From NCBI GenBank assembly GCA_030698625.1, contig JAUYMS010000041.1, forward strand, positions 11,314 to 75,313: 64,000 nucleotides of DNA. The letters are read 5' to 3'. This DNA comes from Candidatus Omnitrophota bacterium (GTDB taxonomy: Bacteria; Omnitrophota; Omnitrophia; Omnitrophales; Aquincolibacteriaceae). Every line of letters begins with the position of its first letter. Position 1 is the first letter of the stretch. Under the pieces are notes generated by a model. The model saw nothing but the letters and a program-made list of their open reading frames with translations, was not told the origin of the DNA and searched no databases. A program made the position numbers and the translations under genes. Positions 1 through 9,446 of the stretch are shown in pieces.

Positions 1-760
1 CGCCCTTTTTGGTTCCATCCGGATCAAACAACACATAGCCCTTTGCGTCTTTAATCACGGCTAAGAGTTGCTCTAAGAATTTTTCATTCCCAATTTTCAA
101 TGTTTCGGTAATAAATCCCAGCCGTTTCGCCGCGGCTTTGGTCTTAAACTTTTTCGTGTATTGAGCAAGTTTTGTCCAATCAATTTCTTTTTGTTTCACC
201 CAAATCCCGCGAACCGCGTCGATTAATCCGCCGCAAATATCGGGGCGGTCGAGGCCGTCTAAAATAGTCCGCTCAAGATCACTCACCCGGACTTGTTCCT
301 GCTTCGTGGCCCAATGCGTGGTACGGCCCCAGAAATGTTCTTTCTTGGAATAGATAAAGTGGTACTTAATGTCTGTCAATTTTTTACCCGCCACACGCTG
401 AGGAATAGTGATGTAAACATCCATAATGGAATGCGAAGTCATTCCATGCAGGCGCATCGCGCTGTAGTGAGAAATAAAATAAGGATGCGGAGCTGCTATT
501 TCGCGGGCAATGATCGGCCAGTTTTTTAACTGAGTATTTTCCTGACCTGTTTTAAGAATTAAATAAACGCCCGCTTTTAATCTTGCAATGAGACCTCTCT
601 TCACAAGCTCACTGAGAAAATCGCCCGTTGCGTAGGCATCTTTGCCGTAAAGGCGACGGAAAGCGTCTAATGAAAAAGTAGTCTTTCCGTTCTTTTGAAG
701 CTGATTCAGCAAATGAGCGCTTTTAGGGCCCAGGGTCTTTGTAGGATATGGGGTTTTCAT
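1..760 (-). CDS. AbiEi-family (type IV toxin-antitoxin) antitoxin/transcriptional regulator, running off the window start
   Basis: Absent from the ORF track because the stop lies outside the window. Manual translation from ATG 760 gives MKTPYPTKTLGPKSAHLL...LVKRGLIARLKAGVY...YFISHYSAMRLHGMT...VSDLERTILDGLDRPDICGG, which are typical AbiEi motifs. Confidence 0.8.
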   Translation of the reverse strand, partial: MKTPYPTKTLGPKSAHLLNQLQKNGKTTFSLDAFRRLYGKDAYATGDFLSELVKRGLIARLKAGVYLILKTGQENTQLKNWPIIAREIAAPHPYFISHYSAMRLHGMTSHSIMDVYITIPQRVAGKKLTDIKYHFIYSKKEHFWGRTTHWATKQEQVRVSDLERTILDGLDRPDICGGLIDAVRGIWVKQKEIDWTKLAQYTKKFKTKAAAKRLGFITETLKIGNEKFLEQLLAVIKDAKGYVLFDPDGTKKG

Positions 761-767
761 GAGCTAT

Positions 768-803
768 ATAATATGTATGGAATTAAGGATATCAACCTTA
801 ATT
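768..803 (-). promoter_or_regulatory. Sigma70 promoter for abiEi (TTGATA-16-TATTAT) overlapped by inverted repeat AATTAAGG-N7-CCTTAATT
   Basis: Inverted repeat at 781-803 flanks the -35 (790-795). The -10 at 768-773 lies 7 nt from the ATG. AbiEi proteins are known to autorepress through promoter inverted repeats. Confidence 0.55.
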
Positions 804-889
804 TTAGACACACAATATAGTGTTATCTATATCTTATTTGATTACAATAAGTTATATCGTCTTTAAAACCGCGCCAATCCCACAACGGC

Positions 890-2980
890 TTAGATCTCGC
901 TCACTGTGATGGCTGATGTGGTGAGGTTGAGCTCGAAGCGCTTTCCGTTGACCAGGGTGAAGGTCGCAAAATTACCTGCGAGACTTCCGCTGCCCGGCAA
1001 AAAGGCATAGCCGGCCGCGGCTTCTCCCGCCGGCACACGGATTTGCACCGAGCGCATCCAGTCCGCGTAGACGTCGCCCAACTTGATGACCGTAACATCC
1101 AGATAACTCACATTGGGTACGGGATCGTGATTGTGAAGGTCCGTCGTAACAATGAAGTCATTGTTGAGAAACGTCCGGCGGAAAACAGGCACCGCAGGAA
1201 TTTCCTGCCGCCTGTTCACAAGGCGGGCACGAAAAGCGCCGGTTGCGCGTTCGCGCAGGATTAAATCCTCGTTCTCGACTTCAAGCGACCACTTCTGGTC
1301 AGGCGTGACCACGATTTGAGGCGCATCAAAACGGTGCACTTCAAGCCGGCCCGCCAAATACTTCCCCTCCACGATGAAGTAAAGCGCGCGCACCCGGGTG
1401 AGGTCCACGCCGTAAGCCTGGAAGGGCGTTTTCGTGATCGCCCAGGGCTGGGGGGCATCGCTTTTAATCCCGGAAAAAATCACCGAACCCTTCTTATTGT
1501 CAGCGTCGACAATCTCAAACTTTATGCGGTCAACATCCCCGACAAAGTTAAAACCAAGGTAGGGCAGCGCAGTCAGATCAGCCGGTTGATCATAACGCCA
1601 ACCGGTTCCGGCCCAACCTTGTGCAGCGGTATTAAATTGAAAACGAATACCCAGATCGATCTGCTGAGTGTTCGCAACAATACCCGACGGTGAGACCGTG
1701 GTTGGGTACGGATCACCCGGCAGTTCCTGAATGCCTGCCGCGAGGTTCGGCTCGATCGCGGTGGGAATGCGGTTGATCTCGATCGTGCCGGTCTCATGGA
1801 CTCCTTCCACGATAAAATAAATCATGCGTACGCGGGCAAGATTAACGCCCGAGGCAGCCAGGTCCGCAGTCGAAATCACCCATTCGTCCCGCCGTTCAGC
1901 CGTAATGCTGTGCAGGTAGACCACCGCCTTACGGTTTTGGTCGTCGATGACCTCAACCTTGACCCGGTCCGGGTCTCCGCTCAGACTGAAGATCAAGCTT
2001 TCATAGCCGCTCAGATTCGCGGTTTCAATGGGCCCGGTGCCGAAGTCATCGTAGTTAAATCCTCCGCCGACCCAACCGGGCGCACCGGTATCGTAGGTCA
2101 TACGAATCCCGCGGCCCGTATCTTCAATTGAAGCCGACGCCCCATTCGGGATAACGGTGTTGTTCCGAGGCCTGCCGGGCAAGCGTGTGATATGCTCCTC
2201 GGATTGATAAATATCCGCATAGCCTGATCCGCGCGGGTACTGGTTCACCGTGACGTTTCCTGTTTGATTCTGACCTTCAACAATGAAGTAAATCACCCGT
2301 ACCCGCGACATATTTACGTTCTGAAACGCGGATCGCGGAACGGTCCACACCCGCTCAGTATCCGAACGAATACCCGTCAGATAAACGAAGGACTTCTGAT
2401 CGTTTTCGTCGACGATTTCCATTTTGAGCTGATTAATCGTACCCTGCAGCCCGAACGTGAATTCGGACAGGCGGGTCAGGTCCCCTGTTTCGATCGCACC
2501 GGTCCGGAAGTCGTCGTAGGTGAATCCTGTGCCGGCCCAACCGGGGGCCCCCGTCTCAAAGTGAAAATAGACGCCGCGGTCCTGAGAGCCACCCGTGGCC
2601 TGTGCACCGCCCGGGGTAATGAAAGTCTCCTTCGGATACCGCGAAATACCCACGGGTAAGGCGCGAATTTCGGATGTCGTACGCGATGAGGGGCCGTAAT
2701 TCGCGGGAGCGGCCTTTGCCGCCTGCGGCGTTTCGGCTGCAGACAAGGCGGCAGCGCCTAAAAACTCCGCCATCGGCTCAGCCTTAAGCGATTTCTGTGC
2801 AGATTCCACAACAGCGCCGGCCGCATCGGCATCAACGGGAACGGTAGCGACCGCGCCCCGGGGCTCTAAAATCACGGTTGAGTCGGCAGCGAATGCCGTC
2901 ATCACCGGTGTAAAGATCATGCTCATCGCAGTGACTACCGCGATGACCTCGTTTGCCGGATTGTGTTTTATCGTTTTCAT
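890..2980 (-). CDS. Secreted protein with three tandem carbohydrate-binding-module-like (CBM11/galactose-binding beta-sandwich-like) domains
   Basis: Signal peptide ending AFA-A, RBS AAGGAG, and three ~110-aa repeats with GWxGxG..D, K.E(I/V)(V/I)D and R.YFIVEG motifs. Confidence 0.7.
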   Translation of the reverse strand: MKTIKHNPANEVIAVVTAMSMIFTPVMTAFAADSTVILEPRGAVATVPVDADAAGAVVESAQKSLKAEPMAEFLGAAALSAAETPQAAKAAPANYGPSSRTTSEIRALPVGISRYPKETFITPGGAQATGGSQDRGVYFHFETGAPGWAGTGFTYDDFRTGAIETGDLTRLSEFTFGLQGTINQLKMEIVDENDQKSFVYLTGIRSDTERVWTVPRSAFQNVNMSRVRVIYFIVEGQNQTGNVTVNQYPRGSGYADIYQSEEHITRLPGRPRNNTVIPNGASASIEDTGRGIRMTYDTGAPGWVGGGFNYDDFGTGPIETANLSGYESLIFSLSGDPDRVKVEVIDDQNRKAVVYLHSITAERRDEWVISTADLAASGVNLARVRMIYFIVEGVHETGTIEINRIPTAIEPNLAAGIQELPGDPYPTTVSPSGIVANTQQIDLGIRFQFNTAAQGWAGTGWRYDQPADLTALPYLGFNFVGDVDRIKFEIVDADNKKGSVIFSGIKSDAPQPWAITKTPFQAYGVDLTRVRALYFIVEGKYLAGRLEVHRFDAPQIVVTPDQKWSLEVENEDLILRERATGAFRARLVNRRQEIPAVPVFRRTFLNNDFIVTTDLHNHDPVPNVSYLDVTVIKLGDVYADWMRSVQIRVPAGEAAAGYAFLPGSGSLAGNFATFTLVNGKRFELNLTTSAITVSEI

Positions 2981-3038
2981 TTTTCTTTATCTCCTTGTTA
3001 TTTTTTCCCCTTGCTTCCTTCTGCCTCTGTGCCTTTAA

Positions 3039-3052
3039 TGTAAGCGCTTACA
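3039..3052. promoter_or_regulatory. LacI-family operator TGTAAGCGCTTACA (second copy, between lacI and the CBM-repeat gene)
   Basis: Perfect 14-bp palindrome with the central CG typical of LacI/GalR operators, identical to the core at 4121-4134. Confidence 0.8.
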
Positions 3053-3070
3053 CTTAAGGGCCAAAAAAAT

Positions 3071-4114
3071 TTACGCCCGGCTCACGGTCTTGCGCTCAAC
3101 GAATTCGGCAGGCAGAAGCGTTTGATTTCCGTAAAAGCCGCGGGCTGCCTTCTTACCCAGGTGACCGATCATAATCTCGGCACCCCGCTTGGCCACGTCG
3201 TAAAGCGGCATCCTCACGGTCGTAAGCGGCGGGCTCATCGTCGCAGCCGCTTTCTCATCGTCAAAGCCGACAACCGAGACGTCGCTCGGGCACTTACGGC
3301 CCGCTTTGCTTAAGTGCTGAATGGCGCCTCGCGCCATGGCATCGTTCAGGCAAAACATCGCCGAAAAATCCTTTCTCTTTTTTAAAAGTTGAGCGGCGGC
3401 CTCTTCGGCCTTCTCTTCGCGAAAATCGCCGCAGACGATCATGTCCTGATCCAAGCCGATCCCCTTTTTCTTTAGGTAACCGCGAAAGCCTTCAAGACGC
3501 AGACGGCTGTCGACCGAGCATGCGGCCCCGGTCATCACCGCTATTTTGCGGTGGCCTTGCCCGTAGAGGTATTCGGCGGCCAGTTTTCCGCCCGCCGCCT
3601 GATCGCCGCTTACGAAGTGGGCATGCACATTCTTTTCGGGATCCCCCAGAATAACGCAAGGCACACTCAGGTTACGAAATGCGGACTTATCCGAAAAGAA
3701 GGCGTGCCAATGCGTGACAATCAAGCCGTCGATTCCCTCGGCAGCTTTGAAATCGTATTTATTCCAATGGGTCTCGCCGCATTTGAGCATCAACACCTTG
3801 AAGCGGTAGGGCGTATTGAGGAGGGCATCGGAAACGCCGCAGAGTATTTGCGCATAATAATCGTTTAGGAAAACGCCTTCTCCGTGCGGCACCAAGACCC
3901 CCAATGTCCGGTACACCGCCTGAGTCAGCCCTTTAGCGGCGAGGTTCGGCGCGTACTGATGCCTGGCGATTATCGCATCCACCCGCTTGAGGGTATCCGG
4001 CGATACCTTGGAGCGCGTTTCGGGGTTCATGGCGCGCGAGACGGTCGCTATCGAGACCTTGGCCTTTTTTGCTATTTCATAAATGGTTAATTTCATTTTC
4101 CATCCTTTTTCCAT
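3071..4114 (-). CDS. LacI-family transcriptional regulator (alternative start 4096)
   Basis: N-terminal HTH TIYEIAKKAKVSIATVSRAMN, hinge YAPNLAAKGL, C-terminal SVVGFDD...PPLTTV. Confidence 0.95.
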   Translation of the reverse strand: MEKGWKMKLTIYEIAKKAKVSIATVSRAMNPETRSKVSPDTLKRVDAIIARHQYAPNLAAKGLTQAVYRTLGVLVPHGEGVFLNDYYAQILCGVSDALLNTPYRFKVLMLKCGETHWNKYDFKAAEGIDGLIVTHWHAFFSDKSAFRNLSVPCVILGDPEKNVHAHFVSGDQAAGGKLAAEYLYGQGHRKIAVMTGAACSVDSRLRLEGFRGYLKKKGIGLDQDMIVCGDFREEKAEEAAAQLLKKRKDFSAMFCLNDAMARGAIQHLSKAGRKCPSDVSVVGFDDEKAAATMSPPLTTVRMPLYDVAKRGAEIMIGHLGKKAARGFYGNQTLLPAEFVERKTVSRA

Positions 4115-4119
4115 ACTTC

Positions 4120-4162
4120 ATGTAAGCGCTTACATCCTAACACCCCTCCCCCGCTCTGTCAA
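4120..4162 (-). promoter_or_regulatory. lacI promoter TTGACA-17-TAGGAT with overlapping 16-bp operator ATGTAAGCGCTTACAT
   Basis: -35 at 4162-4157, -10 at 4139-4134, perfect palindrome at 4120-4135 over the predicted start site. Confidence 0.8.
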
Positions 4163-4294
4163 GCAGTGCGGGATAATATTAGGCGGGGGGCGGAACATAA
4201 AATTTGACATTTCATGATATTAGGTTAGGATATGATCTGATACAGATTAAGTCTTAATAGGATATCATCTTTAAAACCCCAAGGAGAAACACCC

Positions 4295-4639
4295 ATGCAC
4301 AAGCGAGTCATCCGGTTGAGCCTTATGTCCTTATGCGTTATCGGCGTGTTTTCAAGCGCCGCACTCGCAAAAGAACTTAAAACCTTTGAGATCAAAATCA
4401 AGGATCATCGCTTTGTTCCGTCTGAAATCGTTGTTCCCGCGGGTGAAAAAATTAAGCTCATCATTGAAAATCAGGATGATACCCCCGAAGAATTTGAGAG
4501 CGACTCATTGCGGCGCGAAAAAATTATCCCTGCCCATACTAAAGCACAGGTGTTTATTCCCGCGCTTAAGCCCGGCGAGTATAGCTTTGTCGGGGAGTTC
4601 CATGAAGAAACCGCACAAGGAAAATTAGTCGCCGTATAA
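4295..4639 (+). CDS. Periplasmic cupredoxin-domain protein (FtrB/EfeO-N-like)
   Basis: Signal peptide; F.PSEI.VPAGE.I.L.I.N.D.TPEEFES..L.REK and PGEY.FVGEFH motifs; directly upstream of FTR1. Confidence 0.85.
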   Translation: MHKRVIRLSLMSLCVIGVFSSAALAKELKTFEIKIKDHRFVPSEIVVPAGEKIKLIIENQDDTPEEFESDSLRREKIIPAHTKAQVFIPALKPGEYSFVGEFHEETAQGKLVAV

Positions 4640-4660
4640 CAGGAGTACTTAAGGTTTTTT

Positions 4661-5554
4661 ATGCTGTCTATTTCTATTATTGTTTTTCGGGAAGTTCTGG
4701 AGATCGCCATGATCCTCGGTGTGGTGATGGCCGTCACCCGGGGATTGGTGGGGCGCAGGCGTTGGACTGCGGCCGGTATTTTAGGCGGTCTTTTGGGTTC
4801 TGCCGTCGTCGCCTATTTTACCGGAGCGATTTCAAATACGCTGGATGGAATGGGGCAGGAAGTTTTTAATGCCTTGGTTTTGATTCTGGCGACGGGACTG
4901 ATCGGTTGGACTGTGGTATGGATGAAAAGCCATAGCGCGGCTCTCGTGCGGCAAATAAAAGATGTCGGTAAATCAGTTGCCGCGGGGGAAGTCCCCCTCC
5001 ATATGTTGTCCGTTGTCGTGGGGCTCGCGATGCTTCGCGAAGGCTCAGAGATTGTCCTTTTTATTTACGGAGCGATTGCCTCCGGGACACCCTTTTTGAG
5101 TGTGCTTGCCGGGTTTACCTTTGGACTGATTTCCGGGAGTGCGGTCGGGGCGGCACTGTATTTCGGTTTATTAACCATCTCTCCCAAACATTTCTTTTCA
5201 GTAACAAGTTTTCTTCTTATATTTTTAGCTGCGGGAATGTTATTGCAGGCCGTGGGATTGTTAACGGCAGTCGGGTGGCTCCCTGAGGGAATTTCTCCTC
5301 TCTGGGACACTTCCGCAATCCTTAGCGAGAAACACGTCCTCGGTCAACTCGCGAATGCCTTGTTTGGGTATACCGCCCGGCCCTCTGCCGCTCAGGCCTT
5401 TGCCTATTTTGCAACAGTTGCAGGGCTCCTATTCTTAAATCACCTCTATTCACAACCCGGTAAGGGAAAAAACCATGTTCGCAGCAAGCGTAAGTCAAAT
5501 GAACAGACTCATCTTCTAGGGCTCGTTATTTACGGACGCTCTTCAAACACGTGA
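4661..5554 (+). CDS. FTR1-family iron permease
   Basis: Multi-pass membrane protein with two REXXE motifs (FREVLE, LREGSE) and PLWDTS..L...LFGY..RPS. Confidence 0.9.
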   Translation: MLSISIIVFREVLEIAMILGVVMAVTRGLVGRRRWTAAGILGGLLGSAVVAYFTGAISNTLDGMGQEVFNALVLILATGLIGWTVVWMKSHSAALVRQIKDVGKSVAAGEVPLHMLSVVVGLAMLREGSEIVLFIYGAIASGTPFLSVLAGFTFGLISGSAVGAALYFGLLTISPKHFFSVTSFLLIFLAAGMLLQAVGLLTAVGWLPEGISPLWDTSAILSEKHVLGQLANALFGYTARPSAAQAFAYFATVAGLLFLNHLYSQPGKGKNHVRSKRKSNEQTHLLGLVIYGRSSNT

Positions 5555-5633
5555 AATATGAGGTGGGTTATTTGTTCGGCTTATCCCGCGGCGCGCCGGA
5601 TGGTCTTTTGAAATGGATTGTTGAGGTTGAATT

Positions 5634-6041
5634 TTAAGACTTTTTCTTAGGACCCGGGAGGTTGCCGCCGGGCCCGCCTTCGCCAGAGGCCTTACGCGCT
5701 TGCATCGCAGCTTTCATCGCGGCCTTTCGCTCATCGGCCGAGCTTTTCATTTTGCCTTTACGTATCAGCGACTCCTCCGGCATCGCAGCCTCCGGCGCAA
5801 CCTTATCCTTCATCCGGGCCGCTTTCTTTTCCGCGTGCTGCCTTTCTCTTTCAGCTTTCCTTTGGGTCAAGATCCGGTCTCGCTCCCCTTTATCCTTGCC
5901 TGCCGTCTTCGCCCAATCGCTCATTTTATCGAGGGTGTTTTCCTGATGCACCTCATCATCAGCAAAGGCCGTAGCAACCGGTAGAACCGAAAAGACCATA
6001 AAACCAATCAAAAGAACCGACAGAAACTTCTTCATATTCAT
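5634..6041 (-). CDS. Secreted hypothetical protein with a charged coiled-coil
   Basis: Signal peptide ending AFA-D, RBS GAGAGGGAG, K/E/R/A-rich body. Confidence 0.6.
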   Translation of the reverse strand: MNMKKFLSVLLIGFMVFSVLPVATAFADDEVHQENTLDKMSDWAKTAGKDKGERDRILTQRKAERERQHAEKKAARMKDKVAPEAAMPEESLIRKGKMKSSADERKAAMKAAMQARKASGEGGPGGNLPGPKKKS

Positions 6042-6074
6042 CTCCCTCTCTTTCATTTGTGTTACGTTTTCACC

Positions 6075-6491
6075 CTAAGACTCTTCAGGCCCGACAGTGC
6101 GGCGGAGAGTTTTTTTCTGGCCCTGTTTCTTTTTGGCGTCGAGCATTTTGTCCTTCGCTCGCTTGGAGCGCTTGCGCTTTTGCCGTTTGATTTTGGCAAT
6201 TCGGTGTGCTTCTGCGCTTTCGCGGCCGCGGATGCGGGCATCCAGCTTCTTCAGAAGGATACTGCGCGCTAAAAAGCGGTTCATCGCCTGCGAGCGTTCT
6301 TGCTGGCACCGCACGCTGAGCCCCGTAGGAATATGCTTGAGCACCACACAAGTGGAAACTTTGTTTACGTTCTGTCCGCCCGGCCCGCCGGACCGCACGA
6401 AGGTTTCCCGGAGGTCGGCTTCGCGAATGCCAAGCCGCTTCATGGCCCCGGCCAGTGCGTCATTCTTCTTTTCGGTGACCGGAAATCGCAT
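6075..6491 (-). CDS. arfB: Peptide chain release factor-like ribosome rescue protein (ArfB/YaeJ family)
   Basis: RSGGPGGQNVNK (GGQ motif), RSQ..NR, and a basic C-terminal tail. Confidence 0.8.
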   Translation of the reverse strand: MRFPVTEKKNDALAGAMKRLGIREADLRETFVRSGGPGGQNVNKVSTCVVLKHIPTGLSVRCQQERSQAMNRFLARSILLKKLDARIRGRESAEAHRIAKIKRQKRKRSKRAKDKMLDAKKKQGQKKTLRRTVGPEES

Positions 6492-6494
6492 GGG

Positions 6495-6707
6495 CTAGGT
6501 GGTCACGATCACTTGCCCGTCAAACTCAATTCGCTGACCCGGGCGCACTTTAAAGGCCTTACGGGTTTCGATGACCCCGTTCACCTTCACCTGCGAACCG
6601 GCAATGACCTGCTTGGCAAACCCGCCGCTCTCACAAAGCCCCATTAATTTGAGGAGCTTGAAGAGTTCGATGTACTCGGTTTTTAGCGAAAATTCAATTT
6701 GCGGCAT
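6495..6707 (-). CDS. S4-domain RNA-binding protein (YbcJ/YaaA-like)
   Basis: YIEL.KLLK..GL.ESGG.AK..I....V.VNG..ETRK. Confidence 0.9.
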   Translation of the reverse strand: MPQIEFSLKTEYIELFKLLKLMGLCESGGFAKQVIAGSQVKVNGVIETRKAFKVRPGQRIEFDGQVIVTT

Positions 6708-6713
6708 GGTGAA

Positions 6714-8105
6714 TTATGGCTTCACGACAAACACCACATCTCCTTCGCCGTCGAGGCGGCCGAACTGGGGCGTCTGAAGATTGTTGGAGGCACGCGACAC
6801 TTGCGGTTTGAGAAAGGCCCCAAGCTCGGAGGCTGTTACCACGTTGTCATTGTCGCGGTCGGCTTCTCCGTCGAGGCCCCTCAGCAGATATTCGGTGAAG
6901 ACACCGTGGCCCTCACGCTCCATCACTTGTTCTCCTTTACCACCGGCGGTGATCATTTGGATCGACCGCATGCCGGTTATTTTCTGAATGTACCCGTTAA
7001 TGCCGGGATCGATTCCCGCCGCACGGGTAAAGCCAAGCCCTGAATAACAGGCATCCATCATATAGAGCATGTGCTTCGCCGGAATGCGGCGGGAAAGCGC
7101 TCTGATTTGGTCCATTGAGATCGCTGTCGTGAAATAATTGGTGATGTCGCCGTCTACGGGAATAATGTATCCCTGCTCTTTGCCGTCAGTCAGGGTTTCT
7201 GTCTGTCCGTGCCCTGCGAAGAAAAGCACAACCCTATCTTCGGCCCCGACTTTCTTAGGCAGCTCGCTTGCTAGCAATGTCAGAATCCTTGTGCGTGTGG
7301 CGTCTTTATCCAGGACTTCAATGACCTCGTCAAAACCGATTGCCTCAAGTTTTTGCTTCACGGCCCGCGCATCATTGACCGCATATTCCAGAGACGGCCA
7401 GAGATCATAGTTGTTGATACCGATTACGACGGCCCAGCTTTTTTGGTAATAATCTCCGGTTTCGAGTTCGCTCGCTTCAGGCGGCCCGAGTTCACCCCTT
7501 ACCGGAGCGGAAATCACGCGACGCTCGGCAAAGGCAATGAGGGGCGAAGAATGGTCGAGATTGTCCGCGAACTTGGAGAAAGTTTCCTGCAAGACCTTGC
7601 GGAAGCCATAGCTCCAGGGCGACGCCGTGGCCTTGCCGCCGCCTTCGATCGTATCGAGGATTTTCTGATCACGGTTCATCAACGTGCCCGTGAGGTCCAC
7701 CGTGGTTGTATTGAAACTTCGTTGACCCAGGGTGCAAAGCAGATCCACGGACATAACTAGATCGGCTTCGCCTTGTAGAGCTGCCTCAATACTCTCAAAT
7801 TGAACCACACTTTTAAAACGCTTCTCAAGGATTTCCTGCAAACCCACCGTGACCAGATCCGCACCAATGTCGCTGGTCGCGAGCGGATAGGCCACCTTCG
7901 CCAATCTCTTATTCTCTTCAATGTAGTCGAACGCCCTTTTGGCATTCTCTGTGTGCACGATGCCGAGTTTTAGTTTTCCGAGAGGCCCGCTTTGACCCCC
8001 GGCCGACCTCAGGGCAGAGACGGGATCCAAATAGCTGGGCGTTGAAACGCAACCCGACATCCATAAGAGTACGGCACCGGTGAGCCAGAAGTTTCTTGAG
8101 ATCAT
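6714..8105 (-). CDS. Lipoprotein with a C-terminal caspase-family (peptidase C14) domain
   Basis: Start reassigned to ATG 8105 (MISRNF...LLWMSG-C lipobox). C14 motifs AVVIGINNY..W..L.YAVNDA, FFAGHG and MDACYSG. Confidence 0.85.
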   Translation of the reverse strand: MISRNFWLTGAVLLWMSGCVSTPSYLDPVSALRSAGGQSGPLGKLKLGIVHTENAKRAFDYIEENKRLAKVAYPLATSDIGADLVTVGLQEILEKRFKSVVQFESIEAALQGEADLVMSVDLLCTLGQRSFNTTTVDLTGTLMNRDQKILDTIEGGGKATASPWSYGFRKVLQETFSKFADNLDHSSPLIAFAERRVISAPVRGELGPPEASELETGDYYQKSWAVVIGINNYDLWPSLEYAVNDARAVKQKLEAIGFDEVIEVLDKDATRTRILTLLASELPKKVGAEDRVVLFFAGHGQTETLTDGKEQGYIIPVDGDITNYFTTAISMDQIRALSRRIPAKHMLYMMDACYSGLGFTRAAGIDPGINGYIQKITGMRSIQMITAGGKGEQVMEREGHGVFTEYLLRGLDGEADRDNDNVVTASELGAFLKPQVSRASNNLQTPQFGRLDGEGDVVFVVKP

Positions 8106-8176
8106 TCCCTGTTCTCCATGATATCTGTTTCGGCCATTCAGGCTGAAATCCCAAGGGAAGGATACGCGCAGGAACG

Positions 8177-9400
8177 CTAGGGGGCAAGGGCGGACCAAAG
8201 CTCCTGAAGCTTGGCGTAGGCCGGGCGAAGCCGGGTCTTGAAGTTCGTGCCTTCTTTTTCTATCGCAGCCAGCCCGAACCACTCTTCGACATCATCCGGA
8301 CTCTGTTCTAAGGAATCTTCTTTCCCGAATTTCCACCACGCATCTAGATATTCGTGCACGACCATTCCGGCAATGGGCGACGACGCCGTCGTGATGTCGC
8401 GCCAACTCTGCTCAAGACCTGTCGCTTGCTCTTCCGGCGTGTTGCCGCCGTATCCGTAATCGGGCGATCCGTAATGCTCGGCACCCGGCGCAACGCTTAA
8501 GCCTGTTTCCGTGACCAGCAGGAGTTTGTTCGGGTGCTTGCGTTTAAGCTGCTCGAGCCAACCCTGGAAGAGGGTCCCGGTAGCCGACCCTTCATCCGCC
8601 TGCGCATATTCTAAAACGGCGTAACTGTATGCATTGAAGCTTCTGAAATCGAGAAACGTTGTGTCCAGCAAATCGTAAGTCCGGGCTTCGTTGGCGTAGG
8701 AGACAAGATGCGTATGTCCGTAGCGTTCTGTCTGGTAGGTCTTAAGGTAATCCGCTATTTCAGCGATGAAGCTCTCGGTCGCCGTCGAACCTTTCGGTGC
8801 GCTGATATACTTCCCGTCATAGCCGCTGATTTCGGGATGGAGATCATCGGTCGATTCCACACTCGCCCGGCTCAGTTCACTGCCGACGATAAAGCCAAGG
8901 ATGGGCGGGGGTTCTTCTTCGGAGTAAACCGAATAGATGCGGCTTAACGTGAGACGAATCGCATGCTGACAGCGGCGTTTATAGGAAACATTCTGTAAGT
9001 CCTTCTGACTTGGGTCAAACCAGATCGTCTGAATGAAGGCCAGGTCCCCGGCATCCTTCAAGGCCTCATAGACAAAAACGGGAACTTCCCAGAGGCGAAT
9101 CGTGTTGGCGCCCGCCCCTTTGATGTCGTCGATATCCCGGCGAATCCGCGCCTTCAAGGGCTCCGGCAGATCCGTTTTCCGGACAAGCTCCCAAGGGACT
9201 TCGCCCGGATAAACGGGGACATAGACAATGCCTTTGACGAGGAACTTTTCGCCTTCTTGGAAAAAGTAATCGTCACCCAATTCGAATTCGGCGGCCGAAA
9301 CGGGCGCAACGAACGACCCCAAACAAAGACAGAAAGCCGCAACCCATTTCACCCATCCCCTTCCAAAGATATTTGAGCACCGTCTTTTATTCATGCGCAT
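8177..9400 (-). CDS. Secreted clan GH-A TIM-barrel glycoside hydrolase (GH2/GH5-like; family unassigned)
   Basis: Signal peptide; KGIVY, DI..IK.AGANTIRLW, GSEL (putative acid/base), VTETG (putative nucleophile), EYLD.WWK and EEWFGL. Confidence 0.75.
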   Translation of the reverse strand: MRMNKRRCSNIFGRGWVKWVAAFCLCLGSFVAPVSAAEFELGDDYFFQEGEKFLVKGIVYVPVYPGEVPWELVRKTDLPEPLKARIRRDIDDIKGAGANTIRLWEVPVFVYEALKDAGDLAFIQTIWFDPSQKDLQNVSYKRRCQHAIRLTLSRIYSVYSEEEPPPILGFIVGSELSRASVESTDDLHPEISGYDGKYISAPKGSTATESFIAEIADYLKTYQTERYGHTHLVSYANEARTYDLLDTTFLDFRSFNAYSYAVLEYAQADEGSATGTLFQGWLEQLKRKHPNKLLLVTETGLSVAPGAEHYGSPDYGYGGNTPEEQATGLEQSWRDITTASSPIAGMVVHEYLDAWWKFGKEDSLEQSPDDVEEWFGLAAIEKEGTNFKTRLRPAYAKLQELWSALAP

Positions 9401-9401
9401 A

Positions 9402-9446
9402 TAAAAATAACGGGCAGTAACCGACGCGTTTCATCGGCTACTGCCC
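9402..9446 (-). terminator. Intrinsic terminator-like hairpin between the CBM-repeat gene and the glycoside hydrolase
   Basis: Minus-strand RNA GGGCAGUAGCCGA-loop-UCGGUUACUGCCC followed by GUUAUUUUU. Confidence 0.65.

Noticed and set aside
293-529. 78-aa plus-strand ORF
   Set aside because: It is the shadow of the minus-strand AbiEi-family gene, which has recognisable motifs.
808-823. ACACACAATATAGTGT resembling an NrdR box
   Set aside because: Single imperfect copy with no ribonucleotide reductase gene nearby; may be a second AbiEi site or chance.
4219-4238. TTAGGTTAGG upstream of the iron uptake genes resembling a DtxR/IdeR box
   Set aside because: Only one half-site matches and the sequence is not palindromic; no convincing Fur box either.
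8106-8282. N-terminal extension of the caspase ORF in the ORF track
   Set aside because: It overlaps the GH gene; ATG 8105 gives a proper lipoprotein signal.
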